Positions 17,803 through 28,500 of a stretch of DNA of 64,000 nt are shown here, piece by piece; positions within the stretch are counted from its first letter, which is position 1; the number at the start of each line of letters is the position of its first letter. The stretch lies in the NCBI GenBank assembly GCA_036395755.1, contig DASWCZ010000094.1, forward strand, positions 13,884-77,883, given 5' to 3'. Origin of the DNA: Thermoanaerobaculia bacterium. GTDB taxonomy: Bacteria > Acidobacteriota > Thermoanaerobaculia > UBA5066 > Gp7-AA6. The notes under the pieces were generated by a model. It did no database searches, was not told the origin of the DNA, and saw only the letters and a program-made list of their open reading frames with translations. Position numbers and translations under genes: made by a program.

Positions 17803-20025
17803 TCACGGAAGAGACGCCGCGACGGGACGGAAAGCCCGGATCACGATCGCGGCAAACGCGATCAAACCTACACCGGAAAGGAGGAGCTCCCATCGCGGAA
17901 TCTGGAACTTCCCTTCGACGCGATGCCGGCCGGCGGGGAGCTCGAGACCGAGAAAGATCCCGTCGGCCGCGAAATCCGAGGCTCTCCTGCCGTCGAGAAA
18001 GAGCCGCCAGTACGGTGGAAACCTCTTCTGCGAGGAGACGAGGAGCGAAGGAAGAGGGGTCTCCGTCTCGAGCTCGAATCGCTCGGCAGCGAGTGACACG
18101 ATCCGGATCGCCCCGTCCGAGCCCCGCCGCGGCTCGCCCGAGGCGAGGGCCTGCGCGAAGTCGGGCGCCACAAAGACCGCGCTCGCGAGAGTTTCCCGAT
18201 CGGCCCGCCGCACCTCTTCGATTCCCCCGGGCAAGGCGCGGGAGACGATCCAGAACCTCGGGAAGGCGCTCGGTCTCGCGAAGAGCGTCATGTCCCTTCC
18301 GTTCGCGATCCGCGGAAAGCGGGCCGCGTCCGGCAGAGGCCGCGCGGCGAGGCCCGGAGGATCCATCGCCGCGGCGTCGCGCTCGCTCGCGGCCGCTCCC
18401 GTCGGCGCCGGCGAACCGGGCGGCGCGGCCAGAACGGTGACGTTCAAGAGATCGAGGACCGGCGAACCGGGATCGAGCGACCGCGGGTCGAACAGGAGGT
18501 AGGTCCCGTAACGGCCAAAGGAGAACGGGTCTGCGGCCGAAAGGAGCCGGCGGTAGGCGGCCTCGTGAAGGAGGTGCCCGCGCACGTCCTCGAGATGGAA
18601 GACTTCCGAGACGTTGGGAAGGAGCGTCCAGCCCGCCGCCGCGAATCGGCCGGGCGAAGCCCGCTCCATCCCTTCGAGCCGCTCGATCCCCGGCGTCTTC
18701 GCGAATACCGCCTGGGAAGGCCGGGCGACCGAGTAGAAGTCGAGCGCCAGGAAGGCGAGCGGTATCGCGATCCCGAACGGGGCGACCGTGAGAGCGATGG
18801 TGCGCGCCCCGCTACCTTCCGCGAGCCGCTCGAGCGCCTCCGCCCCGCACGCGGCGAGGACCGCAACCGCGAGGACGATCAGGATCTTGGATCGCGAGAA
18901 GAGCGCGTTGTCGAGAAGCGGAAGGGAGCCGACCGCTTTGAGGAGCCGGCCTCCGCCGTAGAGCGGGAGAACGACCGCGGCGGCGAGGGTTGCCGCCCAA
19001 AGCGCAAGGGCGCGTCGGCGTCTCGAGAAGATCCCGACGGCCGCGAGCGCGGCGGCGACGAGCCCGACGCCCGAAGCCGTTTCGACGTAGTTGTCGCCCG
19101 GGATCCAACCGACGCCGTGGTAGTCCCCGTGCCGGGTCGTCCCCTGGTAGTCGGGAAGGAAGTAGAGGCGAATGTGCCGGAGGGGCAGGGGAAAAGCGCT
19201 CCCCATCCCCTTGCGCAGCGGCTGAAAGCCGGATGCTTCGACGAAGCGGGCCGAGGCGAGGATCGATGGGGTCAGGATTGCGACCGAGATCGCGAGCGAG
19301 AGGGCGAGCTTTGCGAAGGCCCTTCCCGCGTTCTGCCGTTCTCGCGCCGCGCGAAACAGGAAGTACAGCCCGGCCGCGAACGCTCCGTAGAGGATCCAGT
19401 GGGGGAACCCGCCGACCAGGCAGAGGAGGAACGACGCAGCCGCGAAAGAGAGGGCCCGCGCCGGGCGCTTACCATCGAACGCGCGGTCGACGGCCACCAG
19501 CAGAAGCGGATACGTCACGGAGACGGACGTCTGCATCCAGAGGCCCCAGACCGTCTGTCCCGTCGAGAACGCCCAGGTCGCGGCCCCCGCGGCGGCGGCC
19601 AGGTCCGAGAAGCGTCGGCTCCGCAGAAAGAACCAGGCGGCGAGGTACGCGAAGTTGAACTTCAGAAAAAGAATGCCGGTCTCGATCCACGCCTCGGGAA
19701 GGAGGAGCGAGGGAATCGCGACGAAGGGGGAGAGGAAGCCCTGCGCGAGGTGAAAAGGGCCGATCGCGCCGGCGGACACCCACGGGTTCCAGAAGAAGCC
19801 ACGCGGAAAGTCGCGGTAGCGGACGAGGGTGGTCTCGCCGGAAGCCGCAGGATCCGCGAGGAGCGGGTTCTCGGCCTGCAGGACGCCCTCTTCCGTTTGA
19901 CGCCAGGGATGGTGCGCGCGCACGAACTCGTGCGAGGAAAGGACGCGGCCGCGCGCGAGGAGCGGCGCGAAGAGGACGAGATCGAAAGCGAGCAGCGTGG
20001 CGAAGCCGACGCGGCGGCCGGTCAT
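17803..20025 (-). CDS. large polytopic membrane protein, GT-C-like/YfhO-like putative glycosyltransferase
   Basis: 740 aa with more than 10 predicted TM helices in the N-terminal two-thirds and a soluble C-terminal domain, immediately upstream of the polyprenyl-P GT2 gene. The annotated ATG lies inside repeat copy B, so the start is uncertain. Confidence 0.55.
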   Translation of the reverse strand: MTGRRVGFATLLAFDLVLFAPLLARGRVLSSHEFVRAHHPWRQTEEGVLQAENPLLADPAASGETTLVRYRDFPRGFFWNPWVSAGAIGPFHLAQGFLSPFVAIPSLLLPEAWIETGILFLKFNFAYLAAWFFLRSRRFSDLAAAAGAATWAFSTGQTVWGLWMQTSVSVTYPLLLVAVDRAFDGKRPARALSFAAASFLLCLVGGFPHWILYGAFAAGLYFLFRAARERQNAGRAFAKLALSLAISVAILTPSILASARFVEASGFQPLRKGMGSAFPLPLRHIRLYFLPDYQGTTRHGDYHGVGWIPGDNYVETASGVGLVAAALAAVGIFSRRRRALALWAATLAAAVVLPLYGGGRLLKAVGSLPLLDNALFSRSKILIVLAVAVLAACGAEALERLAEGSGARTIALTVAPFGIAIPLAFLALDFYSVARPSQAVFAKTPGIERLEGMERASPGRFAAAGWTLLPNVSEVFHLEDVRGHLLHEAAYRRLLSAADPFSFGRYGTYLLFDPRSLDPGSPVLDLLNVTVLAAPPGSPAPTGAAASERDAAAMDPPGLAARPLPDAARFPRIANGRDMTLFARPSAFPRFWIVSRALPGGIEEVRRADRETLASAVFVAPDFAQALASGEPRRGSDGAIRIVSLAAERFELETETPLPSLLVSSQKRFPPYWRLFLDGRRASDFAADGIFLGLELPAGRHRVEGKFQIPRWELLLSGVGLIAFAAIVIRAFRPVAASLP

Positions 20026-20151
20026 TCCGAGGCGCTGAGCGAGCCCGAGATCCCTCGCGGAGCCTGTCCTGAGCGCATGCGAAGGGCTCGGGATGACAAA
20101 AGGGGACTTCGCTCAGGGTGACAAAAGGTGACTTCGCTCAGGATGACCCGG
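20021..20151. repeat. copy B of the GC-rich REP/MITE-like element plus two tandem 25-nt repeats
   Basis: GTCATTCCGAGGCGCTGAGCGAGCCCGAGATCCCTCGCGGAGCCTGTCCTGAGCGCATGCGAAGGGCTCGGGATGACA is followed by GATGACAAAAGGGGACTTCGCTCAGG and GTGACAAAAGGTGACTTCGCTCAGG. It fills the whole intergenic gap. Confidence 0.7.
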
Positions 20152-20154
20152 AGA

Positions 20155-21078
20155 TTACCGCTTCCTCGCCACGATCACGCGGAAGTACGAGTCTACCCAT
20201 CCCCGCTCGAGGAGATGCTCCTCGAAGGCGATCAAGCGAGATAACGCTCCGGTCGAGTCCTGCCGGAGCCGTTCCATGTCCAGGCAGGGAAAGACGAACC
20301 ACAGGATGTTGCCGCCGTACGGCCGCTCCTCGACGATCTCGAAGAGGCGCGCGGCGGCCGGACGGATCGCGCTCGAGCGAATCGACTCCGAGGGATCGTC
20401 GAGCGGCAGCGGGATGGCAAGCCGAGGCCGGTTCTTCAGCTCGCTCGGAAGAGCGTCGAAGGCGCTTCGCGCGAACCCCCAGTGCTCCTCGGTCCACTCG
20501 GCGCGCGAGGGTCCCATGTACTCGTCGATGTAGACGAGACCTCCCGGAGAGAGCGCCTGTCGGACTTCGGAGAGCACGCGCTCGATCTGTCGAACGTGGT
20601 GCAGCGAGCCGTGAAAGAAGACGATGTCGTAGAGCCCCCGCGGCAGATCGAGAGCGTTCACGTCCTCGATCCGGTAATCGAGCCGCCCGGAAAGGTGCGC
20701 CTCCTCCGCGGCGAACCGCGCCTCTCCGATCGACTCCTCGGAAAAGTCGATTCCCTCCATCGCCTCGCAGATCCCCTTGGCGAGAACATCGCGCTCGAGG
20801 AGACCGGAGCCGCAGCCGATCGAAAGCCCGCGGGAGAAGGGCTTTTTCGCGTACGCCTCCGCGAACCACTCCATCGGCCAGCGGTTCGGGTCTCCGGTGA
20901 CCCTCCGGTTGATCGCCCGGCGGACCAGGGGTTGGGCGCCCCAATAGTGATCTTCCGCGTCGCGAGCGGTCTCGGCGTTCCAGAAACGGCGGGCAGCCGC
21001 GGTTTCGGCGCGCTCCTCTCGAAGAGAAGTCCAGCGCCGCACGAGCGAGGAGAAAGACGCCCGAAGCGCGGATGACAT
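20155..21078 (-). CDS. class I SAM-dependent methyltransferase
   Basis: SAM-binding motif [14 protein letters not shown] and acidic loop [12 protein letters not shown]. The ATG at 21078 (MSSALRAS...) is preferred over the longer ORF. Confidence 0.75.
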   Translation of the reverse strand: MSSALRASFSSLVRRWTSLREERAETAAARRFWNAETARDAEDHYWGAQPLVRRAINRRVTGDPNRWPMEWFAEAYAKKPFSRGLSIGCGSGLLERDVLAKGICEAMEGIDFSEESIGEARFAAEEAHLSGRLDYRIEDVNALDLPRGLYDIVFFHGSLHHVRQIERVLSEVRQALSPGGLVYIDEYMGPSRAEWTEEHWGFARSAFDALPSELKNRPRLAIPLPLDDPSESIRSSAIRPAAARLFEIVEERPYGGNILWFVFPCLDMERLRQDSTGALSRLIAFEEHLLERGWVDSYFRVIVARKR

Positions 21079-21135
21079 TGGAAGTGTCGGCTCAATATAG
21101 CAGCCCGATTCGGCTCGCGGAAAACGCGGCACGCA

Positions 21136-21164
21136 TTGCGCCCGGCGGGCGGGTCTGCTAGATT
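21136..21164 (+). promoter_or_regulatory. sigma70-like promoter candidate (TTGCGC-17 nt-TAGATT) upstream of the tRNA-Val genes, overlapping a perfect GATTGCGCAATC palindrome
   Basis: -35 TTGCGC at 21136-21141 and -10 TAGATT at 21159-21164 with a 17-nt spacer. The 12-bp palindrome at 21160-21171 is a possible operator. Confidence 0.35.
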
Positions 21165-21289
21165 GCGCAATCCTCCGAAGACCCATCGGAGCGGATCTTT
21201 TTCAATCAGGGACGAAGGCCGGGATGAAAACGCCCCCGCGGGCTTCCGGCCGGTAGCCCCCCGGACGGCGGTTCGCTGCCGGGACGAAC

Positions 21290-21364
<75 letters not shown>

Positions 21365-21378
21365 ATTGTTCGAGGCGG

Positions 21379-21454
21379 AGGCGCTTAGCTCAGCTGGGAG
21401 AGCGCTACCTTCACACGGTAGAGGTCAACGGTTCGATCCCGTTAGCGCCTACCA
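21379..21454 (+). tRNA. tRNA-Val (anticodon CAC)
   Basis: Acceptor AGGCGCT/AGCGCCT, anticodon loop TTCACAC, T-loop TTCGATC and encoded CCA. Confidence 0.9.
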
Positions 21455-21467
21455 GAGAAGACATGAC

Positions 21468-21497
21468 GACGCGGGGTGACCCGCGTTTTCGATTTTT
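21468..21497 (+). terminator. Rho-independent terminator after the tRNA-Val pair, 40 nt upstream of thrS
   Basis: GACGCGGG-GTGA-CCCGCGT(T) stem-loop followed by TTTCGATTTTTTGG. Confidence 0.7.
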
Positions 21498-21537
21498 TGG
21501 CGACGGAAACGACGGAAACTTTCGGAATCGGGAGAAC

Positions 21538-23490
21538 ATGGAAGCGCTGGCGGAGAAGGTGACGATCCGGCTACCCGACGGGACGACCCTCGAGGTCCCG
21601 AAGGGCACGACGGTCCGCGAGGTCGCGGAGCGGATCGGCCCGCGTCTGGCCAAAGACGCGGTCGCGGGGAAGGTCGATGGACGCATCGTCGATCTCGTCA
21701 CGCCTCTCGCCTCCGACGCGTCGCTCGAGATCGTGACGTGGAAATCGCCTGACGCAGTGCCGATCTATCGTCACTCCACCGCACACCTGACGGCGCAGGC
21801 GGTCAAGCGGCTCTTTCCCGAAGTCCAGATCGGAATCGGGCCGCCGATCGAGAACGGCTACTACTATGACTTCCTCCCCGCGCGGCCTTTTACGCCCGAG
21901 GACCTCGAGAAGATCGAGGCCGAGATGCGGAAGATCATCGCCGAGGACTGGAAGATCGAGCGACAGGAGATGCCGGTCTCCGAAGCGATCGAAATCTTCG
22001 AAGGCCAGAAGGATCCGCTGAAGGTCCAGATCGCCCGCGAGCTTCCCGACGACCGCGTCTCGTGCTACCGGCAGGGGGAGTTCATCGACCTCTGCCGCGG
22101 TCCGCACGTTGCCTCGACCGGACGGCTCGGCGTCTTCAAGCTGACCCACACGGCCGGCGCCTACTGGAAAGGGGACGAGAAGAACCCGATGCTCCAGCGC
22201 ATCTACGGGGCGTCGTTCCTGACCCAGAAGGAGCTCGATGGATACTTGAAAGGCCTCGAGGAGGCGAGAGCGCGCGACCATCGCAGGCTCGGCCGTGAGC
22301 TCGACCTCTTCACGTTCCACCCGCTCGCGCCGGCGTCCCCTTTCTTTCTGCCGAAGGGAGCCGCGCTCTACAACGGGCTGCTCGCGTACCTGCGCGACGA
22401 GTACCGGCGCCGGGGGTACGAGGAGGTCGTCACGCCCCAGATTTTCGACTCCGAGCTCTTCCGGATCTCCGGTCACTACGACAACTACCGGGACAACATG
22501 TACTTCACGGAGATCGAGGAGCGGGAGTTCGGGGTCAAGCCGATGAACTGCCCCGGGCACCACCTGATATTCAAGGAGCGGCTCTGGTCGTACCGCGAGC
22601 TGCCGGTGCGTTTCGCCGATTTCGGACGGCTCCACCGTTACGAGCGATCGGGCGTGACGGCCGGCCTGACGCGCGTACGCACGTTCTCCCAGGACGACTC
22701 CCACATCTACTGCCCGATCGACCAGATCGAGTCGGAGATCGCGGCATTCGTCGACTTCTTGGACGACGTCTACCGGACTTTCGAGTTCCATGACGTCGAT
22801 ATCTCGCTCGGAACCCGGCCGGACCAGCGAATTGGTTCGGACGAGAACTGGGACAAGGCGGAGGCCGTCCTGGCCACGTCGCTCGAAACGCTCGGACGTC
22901 CTTACGTCGTGAGCGCGAAGGACGGCAACTTCTACGGTCCCAAGATCGACTTCCGGGTGAAAGATGCCATCGGGCGCCCATGGCAGCTGGGTACGATGCA
23001 GGTCGACTTTGCCCAACCCGAGCTTTTCGATCTCACCTACATCGGCGAAGACGGGAAACCCCACCGTCCCGTCGTGCTCCACCGGGCGATCCTGGGGTCC
23101 GTCGAGCGCTTTCTCGGAATCTTTATCGAGCACACGGCGGGCAACTTCCCGTTCTGGATCGCTCCGGTCCAGGCGGTGGTGCTGCCGGTATCCGATCGTT
23201 TCGCGGCCGCCGCCCGCCCCGTTGCGGAGCGCCTCGCCGCGGCGGGCCTGCGAGTCGAAACGGACGAGCGCAACGAGAAGCTCGGCGCTCGCATCCGCAA
23301 GGCGGAGCTTCAGAAAGTGCCCGCGATGCTGGTCGTCGGCGAGAAGGAAGTGACGGCGGGCACGGTTTCGGTCCGGCTGCGGCATGGAGGAGACGCGGGA
23401 TCGATGACCGTCGACGCGTTCCTGGACGCCGCCGGGAAGGCGGTCTCGCAGAAGAGTCGTGAGCTCACGACGGAGGTGAAAGATCGATAA
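21538..23490 (+). CDS. thrS: threonyl-tRNA synthetase
   Basis: 650 aa with a TGS domain N-terminus ([24 protein letters not shown]), class II core motifs and an anticodon-binding C-terminus. The ATG is preceded by GGGAGAAC. Confidence 0.95.
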   Translation: MEALAEKVTIRLPDGTTLEVPKGTTVREVAERIGPRLAKDAVAGKVDGRIVDLVTPLASDASLEIVTWKSPDAVPIYRHSTAHLTAQAVKRLFPEVQIGIGPPIENGYYYDFLPARPFTPEDLEKIEAEMRKIIAEDWKIERQEMPVSEAIEIFEGQKDPLKVQIARELPDDRVSCYRQGEFIDLCRGPHVASTGRLGVFKLTHTAGAYWKGDEKNPMLQRIYGASFLTQKELDGYLKGLEEARARDHRRLGRELDLFTFHPLAPASPFFLPKGAALYNGLLAYLRDEYRRRGYEEVVTPQIFDSELFRISGHYDNYRDNMYFTEIEEREFGVKPMNCPGHHLIFKERLWSYRELPVRFADFGRLHRYERSGVTAGLTRVRTFSQDDSHIYCPIDQIESEIAAFVDFLDDVYRTFEFHDVDISLGTRPDQRIGSDENWDKAEAVLATSLETLGRPYVVSAKDGNFYGPKIDFRVKDAIGRPWQLGTMQVDFAQPELFDLTYIGEDGKPHRPVVLHRAILGSVERFLGIFIEHTAGNFPFWIAPVQAVVLPVSDRFAAAARPVAERLAAAGLRVETDERNEKLGARIRKAELQKVPAMLVVGEKEVTAGTVSVRLRHGGDAGSMTVDAFLDAAGKAVSQKSRELTTEVKDR

Positions 23491-24019
23491 GAAAACGATT
23501 CGAATCAACGACCAGATCCGGTGGAAGGAGGTCCGCCTGATCGGCGCTGAGGGCGAGCCCCTCGGAGTCGTGGCGATGGCCGAAGCGCTCGAAAAGGCGA
23601 AGGAAGCGAGCCTCGACTTGGTCGAGATCGCGCCGACGGCAAACCCGCCCGTCTGCCGGATCATGAACTTCGGAAAGTTCATCTATCAGCAGAAGAAGAA
23701 ACAGCAGGACTCGAAAAAGAAGCAGAAGACGACCCAGGTGAAAGAAGTGAAATTTCGACCGAACATCGACGACCACGATTACGACTTCAAGATCAAGAAC
23801 ATCCTGAAGTTCCTCGCCCACGGCGACAAGGTCAAGGCGACCGTCCAGTTCCGCGGCCGCGAGATGGCGCGCCGGGAGAACGGGCAGCGGGTCCTCGATC
23901 GGCTGTTGATCGATCTCGCGGGGAAGGCGGTGGCGGAGTCGCGTTCGGAGATGCTTGGAAACCGCCTCTACCAGATCCTCGCGCCGGTCAAGGTGCACGA
24001 GAAGGCGGCGAGAGCGTAG
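23483..24019 (+). CDS. infC: translation initiation factor IF-3 with a non-AUG start (AUC at 23483 or AUU at 23498)
   Basis: The conserved N-terminus [17 protein letters not shown]...[23 protein letters not shown] lies upstream of the first ATG (23570). An in-frame TGA at 23477 bounds the ORF. ATC at 23483 sits 6 nt after GGAGG. The gene overlaps the thrS 3' end. Confidence 0.8.
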   Translation: MDKKTIRINDQIRWKEVRLIGAEGEPLGVVAMAEALEKAKEASLDLVEIAPTANPPVCRIMNFGKFIYQQKKKQQDSKKKQKTTQVKEVKFRPNIDDHDYDFKIKNILKFLAHGDKVKATVQFRGREMARRENGQRVLDRLLIDLAGKAVAESRSEMLGNRLYQILAPVKVHEKAARA

Positions 24020-24032
24020 GAGGAGTGATTCG

Positions 24033-24230
24033 ATGCCCAAGATCAAGACCCACCGTGGCGCCGCGAAGCGTTTCAAGCGAACCGCGTCGGGAAAGTTCAA
24101 GAGGGCGAAGGCGTACAAGAGCCACATCCTGACGAAGAAAGCACCGGGCCGGAAACGCGGACTCGCCCAGTCGACGTCCGTCTCCCACTCGGACCAAAAG
24201 CGCGTCCGGGAGATGCTGCCCTACGCATAA
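24033..24230 (+). CDS. rpmI: 50S ribosomal protein L35
   Basis: [36 protein letters not shown]... is the L35 signature. An AGGAGG SD precedes the ATG. Confidence 0.93.
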   Translation: MPKIKTHRGAAKRFKRTASGKFKRAKAYKSHILTKKAPGRKRGLAQSTSVSHSDQKRVREMLPYA

Positions 24231-24240
24231 ATACCGTTCT

Positions 24241-24284
24241 GCCATCCCGAGTCCCTCGCATTCGCTCGGGACAGGCTCCGCGAG
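24241..24284. repeat. copy D (inverted orientation) of the GC-rich REP/MITE-like element
   Basis: CCATCCCGAGTCCCTCGCATTCGCTCGGGACAGGCTCCGCGAGG is the near-exact reverse complement of the A-copy core, with 2 mismatches over about 40 nt. It lies between rpmI and rplT. Confidence 0.7.
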
Positions 24285-24328
24285 GACCGCAGAGCTCAGA
24301 ACGACATGAGAGAGCCAGGAGGAGTCCG

Positions 24329-24691
24329 ATGCCCCGCGTCAAAAGAGGACCGAAACGAAAGAACCGGCGAGCCAAGACGCTCGCGCTGGCCAAGGGTTAC
24401 TACGGGACGAAATCGAAGTCGTACCGTATGGCAAAGCTCGCCGTCGAAAAGTCGCTCCTGTACGCGTATCGGGATCGCAAGGCGAGGAAGCGCGACTTCC
24501 GCGGTCTCTGGATCGTCCGCATCAACGCCGCCGCCCGGGAGAACGAAATCTCCTACAGCCGGTTGATGGATGGGTTGAAGAAGGCCGGCAACGACATCAA
24601 CCGCAAGATGCTCGCGGACCTCGCGGTCACCGATCCGGCGGCATTCAGTCACTTGGTCGGCGTCGCCAAACAAGCGCTTCAGTCGGCGTGA
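24329..24691 (+). CDS. rplT: 50S ribosomal protein L20
   Basis: [70 protein letters not shown] is canonical L20. Confidence 0.95.
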   Translation: MPRVKRGPKRKNRRAKTLALAKGYYGTKSKSYRMAKLAVEKSLLYAYRDRKARKRDFRGLWIVRINAAARENEISYSRLMDGLKKAGNDINRKMLADLAVTDPAAFSHLVGVAKQALQSA

Positions 24692-25764
24692 TGACGGGGT
24701 CGAGCCCCGTCTCGTCTTCGGACACGATCTCGCAGCTGCTCGAATCCTTTCGCGAGGAGGCGGCGCGCGGTGTCGCCTCGCGCTCGGAGTTCGAAGCCTT
24801 GAAGGGTCGCTACCTTGGCCGCGAGAAAGGCCTCGTTCCCGCACTCTTCACGCGTATGCGCGAGCTCCCGCCCGAGGACCGCGCTGGCTATGGAGCCCGC
24901 GCGAACGCCGCCAAGAGCGAGGTGGAGGAAGGCATCGCGCGTCTCGGGCAGGCGCTCGCCCGAGAAGAAGCGGAAGGTCGCGAGCGCGCCGCTGCGGTGG
25001 ACGTCACCCTGCCGGGGCGCCGGACGAGGGCCGGCTCGCTCCACCCGGTCACTCTCGTGCGCCGGCGGATCGAGGAGATCTTCCTGCGGATGGGCTACTC
25101 GATCGCGGACGGGCCCGAGATCGAAAACGACTTCCACAACTTCGAGTCGCTGAACTTTCCGCCGGAGCACCCTGCGCGCGACGCGCAGGACACGCTCTTC
25201 CTCCACAGGAGTGCGGAATCGCCACTCCTCCTGCGCACCCACACCTCGCCCGTGCAGATCCGCGAGATGCGAAAGCGCGGCGCGCCGTTGAAGATCATCG
25301 CGCCCGGCAGGGTCTATCGGAACGAATCGGTCGACGCGACCCATCAGCCGGTTTTCCACCAGGTGGAAGCGCTCGTCGTGGACCGCGGGATCTCCATGGC
25401 CGACTTGAAAGGCACCGTCGAAACGTTCTTCGAGGCCCTCTTCGGCACGGGGACGAAAGTCCGCATCATCCCCACCTTCTTTCCTTTCGTCGAGCCGGGC
25501 GCCGACGTCCACGTGACCTGCATCTTCTGCAAGGGCGCGGGATGCCGGACGTGCAAGGGGTCCGGTTGGATGGAGATGGCGGGAGCCGGGGAGGTCCATC
25601 CGGCGGTGCTCCGCGCCTGCGGGATCGATCCGGAGGAGTGGAGCGGTTTCGCTTTCGGCCTCGGCCTCGACCGCGTCGCGATGATGCTCTACGAGTTTCC
25701 GGACCTGAGGCTGCTCTTCGATGGGGACGAGCGGTTCCTCTCGCAGTTCGCCTCACTCTCATGA
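24688..25764 (+). CDS. pheS: phenylalanyl-tRNA synthetase alpha subunit
   Basis: Class II motifs ([51 protein letters not shown]). The start overlaps the rplT stop. Confidence 0.95.
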   Translation: MMTGSSPVSSSDTISQLLESFREEAARGVASRSEFEALKGRYLGREKGLVPALFTRMRELPPEDRAGYGARANAAKSEVEEGIARLGQALAREEAEGRERAAAVDVTLPGRRTRAGSLHPVTLVRRRIEEIFLRMGYSIADGPEIENDFHNFESLNFPPEHPARDAQDTLFLHRSAESPLLLRTHTSPVQIREMRKRGAPLKIIAPGRVYRNESVDATHQPVFHQVEALVVDRGISMADLKGTVETFFEALFGTGTKVRIIPTFFPFVEPGADVHVTCIFCKGAGCRTCKGSGWMEMAGAGEVHPAVLRACGIDPEEWSGFAFGLGLDRVAMMLYEFPDLRLLFDGDERFLSQFASLS

Positions 25765-27863
25765 AGTTCTCTCTCGACTGGCTGGGCGACCACGTTGCGG
25801 TCGCGGACGCCGGCGGAGCCGACGGCGTGCGCCGGTGGCTCGATCGCGCCGGGCTGCCGGTCGCGTCCTCGGAGGAGGCAGGCGGCGACGTCCTTTTCGA
25901 CGTCGAGATCACGCCCAACCGGCCAGACGCGATGAATCACCGCGGCCTTGCGCGCGAGATCGCGGCGATGTCGGGCGTGTCGTTCGAGCACGGAGCCGGC
26001 CTCAGAGCCGGCGAGCCTCGCTCCGAAGGTCCGGCCGCTCAGGAGCTCTCGTCGGTCGAGATCGGAGTTCCGCGCCTGTGTCGCCGCTTCGGCGCTCGCG
26101 TCGTCCGTGGTGTCCGGAGCGCCGGGTCCGCGGATCACGTACGCGCCCGCCTGGCTTCGATCGGCGTGAAACCGATCGACGCCGTCGTGGACGCGACGAA
26201 CTACGCGCTTTGGGACATCGGCCAGCCGCTGCATGCGTTCGACCTCGATCAACTCCGCGGTGGACGCATCGTCGTGCGCAAGGCGAAACGGGGAGAGAAG
26301 CTGGTCACGTTGGACGGCGTCGAACGGGAGCTCGAGTCGACCGACGTCGTCGTCGCCGATGCGGAGCGCGCGGTTTCCCTGGCTGGGATCATGGGAGGTC
26401 TCGACACGGCCGTCTCGGAGAAGACGACGAACGTCCTTCTCGAGGCGGCGTGGTGGGACCCGGTCGCCATCCGGAGGACGTCCCGTCGGCTGGGAATGCA
26501 CACGGACGCCTCGCACCGTTTCGAGCGCGGGGCGGATCCGGAGGCGATCCCGGAGGCGCTCGACCTCGCCGCGCGCCTCCTGCTCAGCGCTGCGGGCGGC
26601 ACGCTCGCGCCGGGCCGGATCGACGCGCGCGGAAGCGCGCTCGGCCGCCGCCGCGCCGTCCTGCGAGTGGAAAGGCTGCGCCTCCTCTCCGGCGACGAAC
26701 GCCTCGACCTCGACTTCGCGGCGGAAGCGCTCGCGCGATTGGGCTTCGTAATCGCGAAGCGGAGCAGGAAGCGGCTGACTGTCGAAGTGCCGAGCTTTCG
26801 CCCGGACGTCGCGATCGAGGAAGACCTCGTCGAGGAAGTGCTCCGCGTCTGGGGTTACGATCGCCTTCCGTCGCGCGTTCCTTTGACCGCAGGCGCCGGC
26901 GGGCACCTCCAGCCGCTCCGGCTCGTCGAGGAGAAGCTCTCCGACGAAGCGGTCGCGGCGGGCCTGCACGAGACTTTTTCGTATCCCTTTGTCGACCGCG
27001 AGGCTGACGAGTCGTCTTTTTCCGCGTGGCTGGAGGCGACTGGAACCGCGAAGGCTCCGCTCTCGGTCGCGAACCCCGTGGACGCGTCGCGTCGCGACCT
27101 GCGCGCGACGCTCCTTCCGGGGCTGCTCGACGCGGTCTCGCGCAACTTCCGGCACGGGGCTCGCGAGATCGCGCTCTTCGAAGTTGGCCGCGCGTTCGGA
27201 GCGGAGGGCGATCCTTCGCGCCCGGAGAGCTTCGAGTCGCGTCGATTCGCCTTCGCGATAGGGGGGGACGTCCGGTCGCACTGGAGCGTGCCGGTCGCCT
27301 CGCGCGCGGCGGACTTCTTCGACGTCAAGGGTCTCTTGGAAAGGCTCCTCGAGCCTTGGGCCGACCCCGCGCGGCTCGCCTGGAAGCCTTTCCGCGCGGA
27401 CGCCTTCGCGGCCGGCGCCGCGGCGCTTTGTGAGACCGGCGACGGCCGGCTTCTCGGAGTGGCGGGCGTGGTGAGTGAAGCGGAGCGTGAACGGCGACGG
27501 CTGCCCGAAGGCGTGTGTATCGCCGAAATTCTCGTCGAAGCGATCCCGCGGGACGGCCGGGAAGCGCGCTATGTCGGCTACTCGGCTTTCCCGCCGATCG
27601 TGGCCGACCTTTCGTTCGCCCATTCGCGCGATCTCGGCTGGGAGAGACTCGAAGCGTTCGCCCGGAAGCTCGACCTTCCGAACCTGGAGTCGTTGAAGCT
27701 CCTCGACCGTTACGAAGGGTCGGGGGTCCCCGAGGGAGAAGTGAGGACCACGATCCGGTTGACCTTCCGCTCTCCCGAGAGAACGCTCGAACAGGGGGAA
27801 GTCAATCGAGAAAGAGATCGGCTCGCGGCGGCGCTCGGCCAAGAGCTCGCCGTCCGCTTCTGA
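25761..27863 (+). CDS. pheT: phenylalanyl-tRNA synthetase beta subunit
   Basis: Canonical N-terminus MKFSLDWL plus B3/4, B5 and FDX-ACB-like segments. The ATG overlaps the pheS stop (ATGA). Confidence 0.9.
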   Translation: MKFSLDWLGDHVAVADAGGADGVRRWLDRAGLPVASSEEAGGDVLFDVEITPNRPDAMNHRGLAREIAAMSGVSFEHGAGLRAGEPRSEGPAAQELSSVEIGVPRLCRRFGARVVRGVRSAGSADHVRARLASIGVKPIDAVVDATNYALWDIGQPLHAFDLDQLRGGRIVVRKAKRGEKLVTLDGVERELESTDVVVADAERAVSLAGIMGGLDTAVSEKTTNVLLEAAWWDPVAIRRTSRRLGMHTDASHRFERGADPEAIPEALDLAARLLLSAAGGTLAPGRIDARGSALGRRRAVLRVERLRLLSGDERLDLDFAAEALARLGFVIAKRSRKRLTVEVPSFRPDVAIEEDLVEEVLRVWGYDRLPSRVPLTAGAGGHLQPLRLVEEKLSDEAVAAGLHETFSYPFVDREADESSFSAWLEATGTAKAPLSVANPVDASRRDLRATLLPGLLDAVSRNFRHGAREIALFEVGRAFGAEGDPSRPESFESRRFAFAIGGDVRSHWSVPVASRAADFFDVKGLLERLLEPWADPARLAWKPFRADAFAAGAAALCETGDGRLLGVAGVVSEAERERRRLPEGVCIAEILVEAIPRDGREARYVGYSAFPPIVADLSFAHSRDLGWERLEAFARKLDLPNLESLKLLDRYEGSGVPEGEVRTTIRLTFRSPERTLEQGEVNRERDRLAAALGQELAVRF

Positions 27864-27873
27864 GGAGGAAGAA

Positions 27874-28116
27874 ATGGACCCGACGAAAGTTTTCGAAGTT
27901 CTCGACCGGAAGGTCGAGAAGCTCCTCTCCCGGCTCTCGAGCCTGGAGGGAGAGAATGATCGGTTGAAGAGCGAGCTCGCTTCCGCGCGCCGATTCGAGA
28001 AGGACGCCGCCGACTCGAAGGGATTGGTGGAGCGGCTGGAAAGAGAACAGGAAGTCGTCCGCGAGAGGCTGGAAAGACTCGTCGTGACGCTCGAGGCGGC
28101 GGACAAGAAGGGCTGA
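27874..28116 (+). CDS. ZapB-like coiled-coil cell-division protein
   Basis: 80 aa, entirely heptad-repeat coiled coil (FEVLDRKVEKLLSRLSSLEGENDRLKSEL...), located directly upstream of zapA. Confidence 0.55.
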   Translation: MDPTKVFEVLDRKVEKLLSRLSSLEGENDRLKSELASARRFEKDAADSKGLVERLEREQEVVRERLERLVVTLEAADKKG

Positions 28117-28206
28117 GTCGATCCACCTTCGTGCGTAAACCATTGACTCCGCTGGTCGACAAAAACTACACTCAGCCATTGAAAGGAGCCCTCTCAAGGC
28201 CATCGC

Positions 28207-28500
28207 GTGGAGAAGCGGGGCAGCATCACGCAGGTGGAGATCTTCGGCCAGACTTACAACGTCCGGGCCGAAGGTGACAGCACCTACATTCATGACCTGG
28301 CCCGCCTCGTCGACTCGCGAATGAAAGAAGTAGCGGAAAGGACAGCGACGGTGGATACGACGAAAATTGCCATCCTGGCTGCCTTGAACATCACGGATGA
28401 TCTTTACCAAGCGGAGAAGCGTCGGACAGGCGAGCCCGCAGACTTTCGGGTCCGGGCCGAACGCCTGATTCGAAAACTGGACGACGCCCTGGGAGCCTGA
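28207..28500 (+). CDS. zapA: cell division protein ZapA
   Basis: 97 aa with ZapA-like N-terminus (ITQVEIFGQTYNVRAEGD..YIHDLARLVDSRMKEV) and a coiled-coil C-terminus. GTG start. Position after pheT matches Firmicutes-like synteny. Confidence 0.7.
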   Translation: MEKRGSITQVEIFGQTYNVRAEGDSTYIHDLARLVDSRMKEVAERTATVDTTKIAILAALNITDDLYQAEKRRTGEPADFRVRAERLIRKLDDALGA

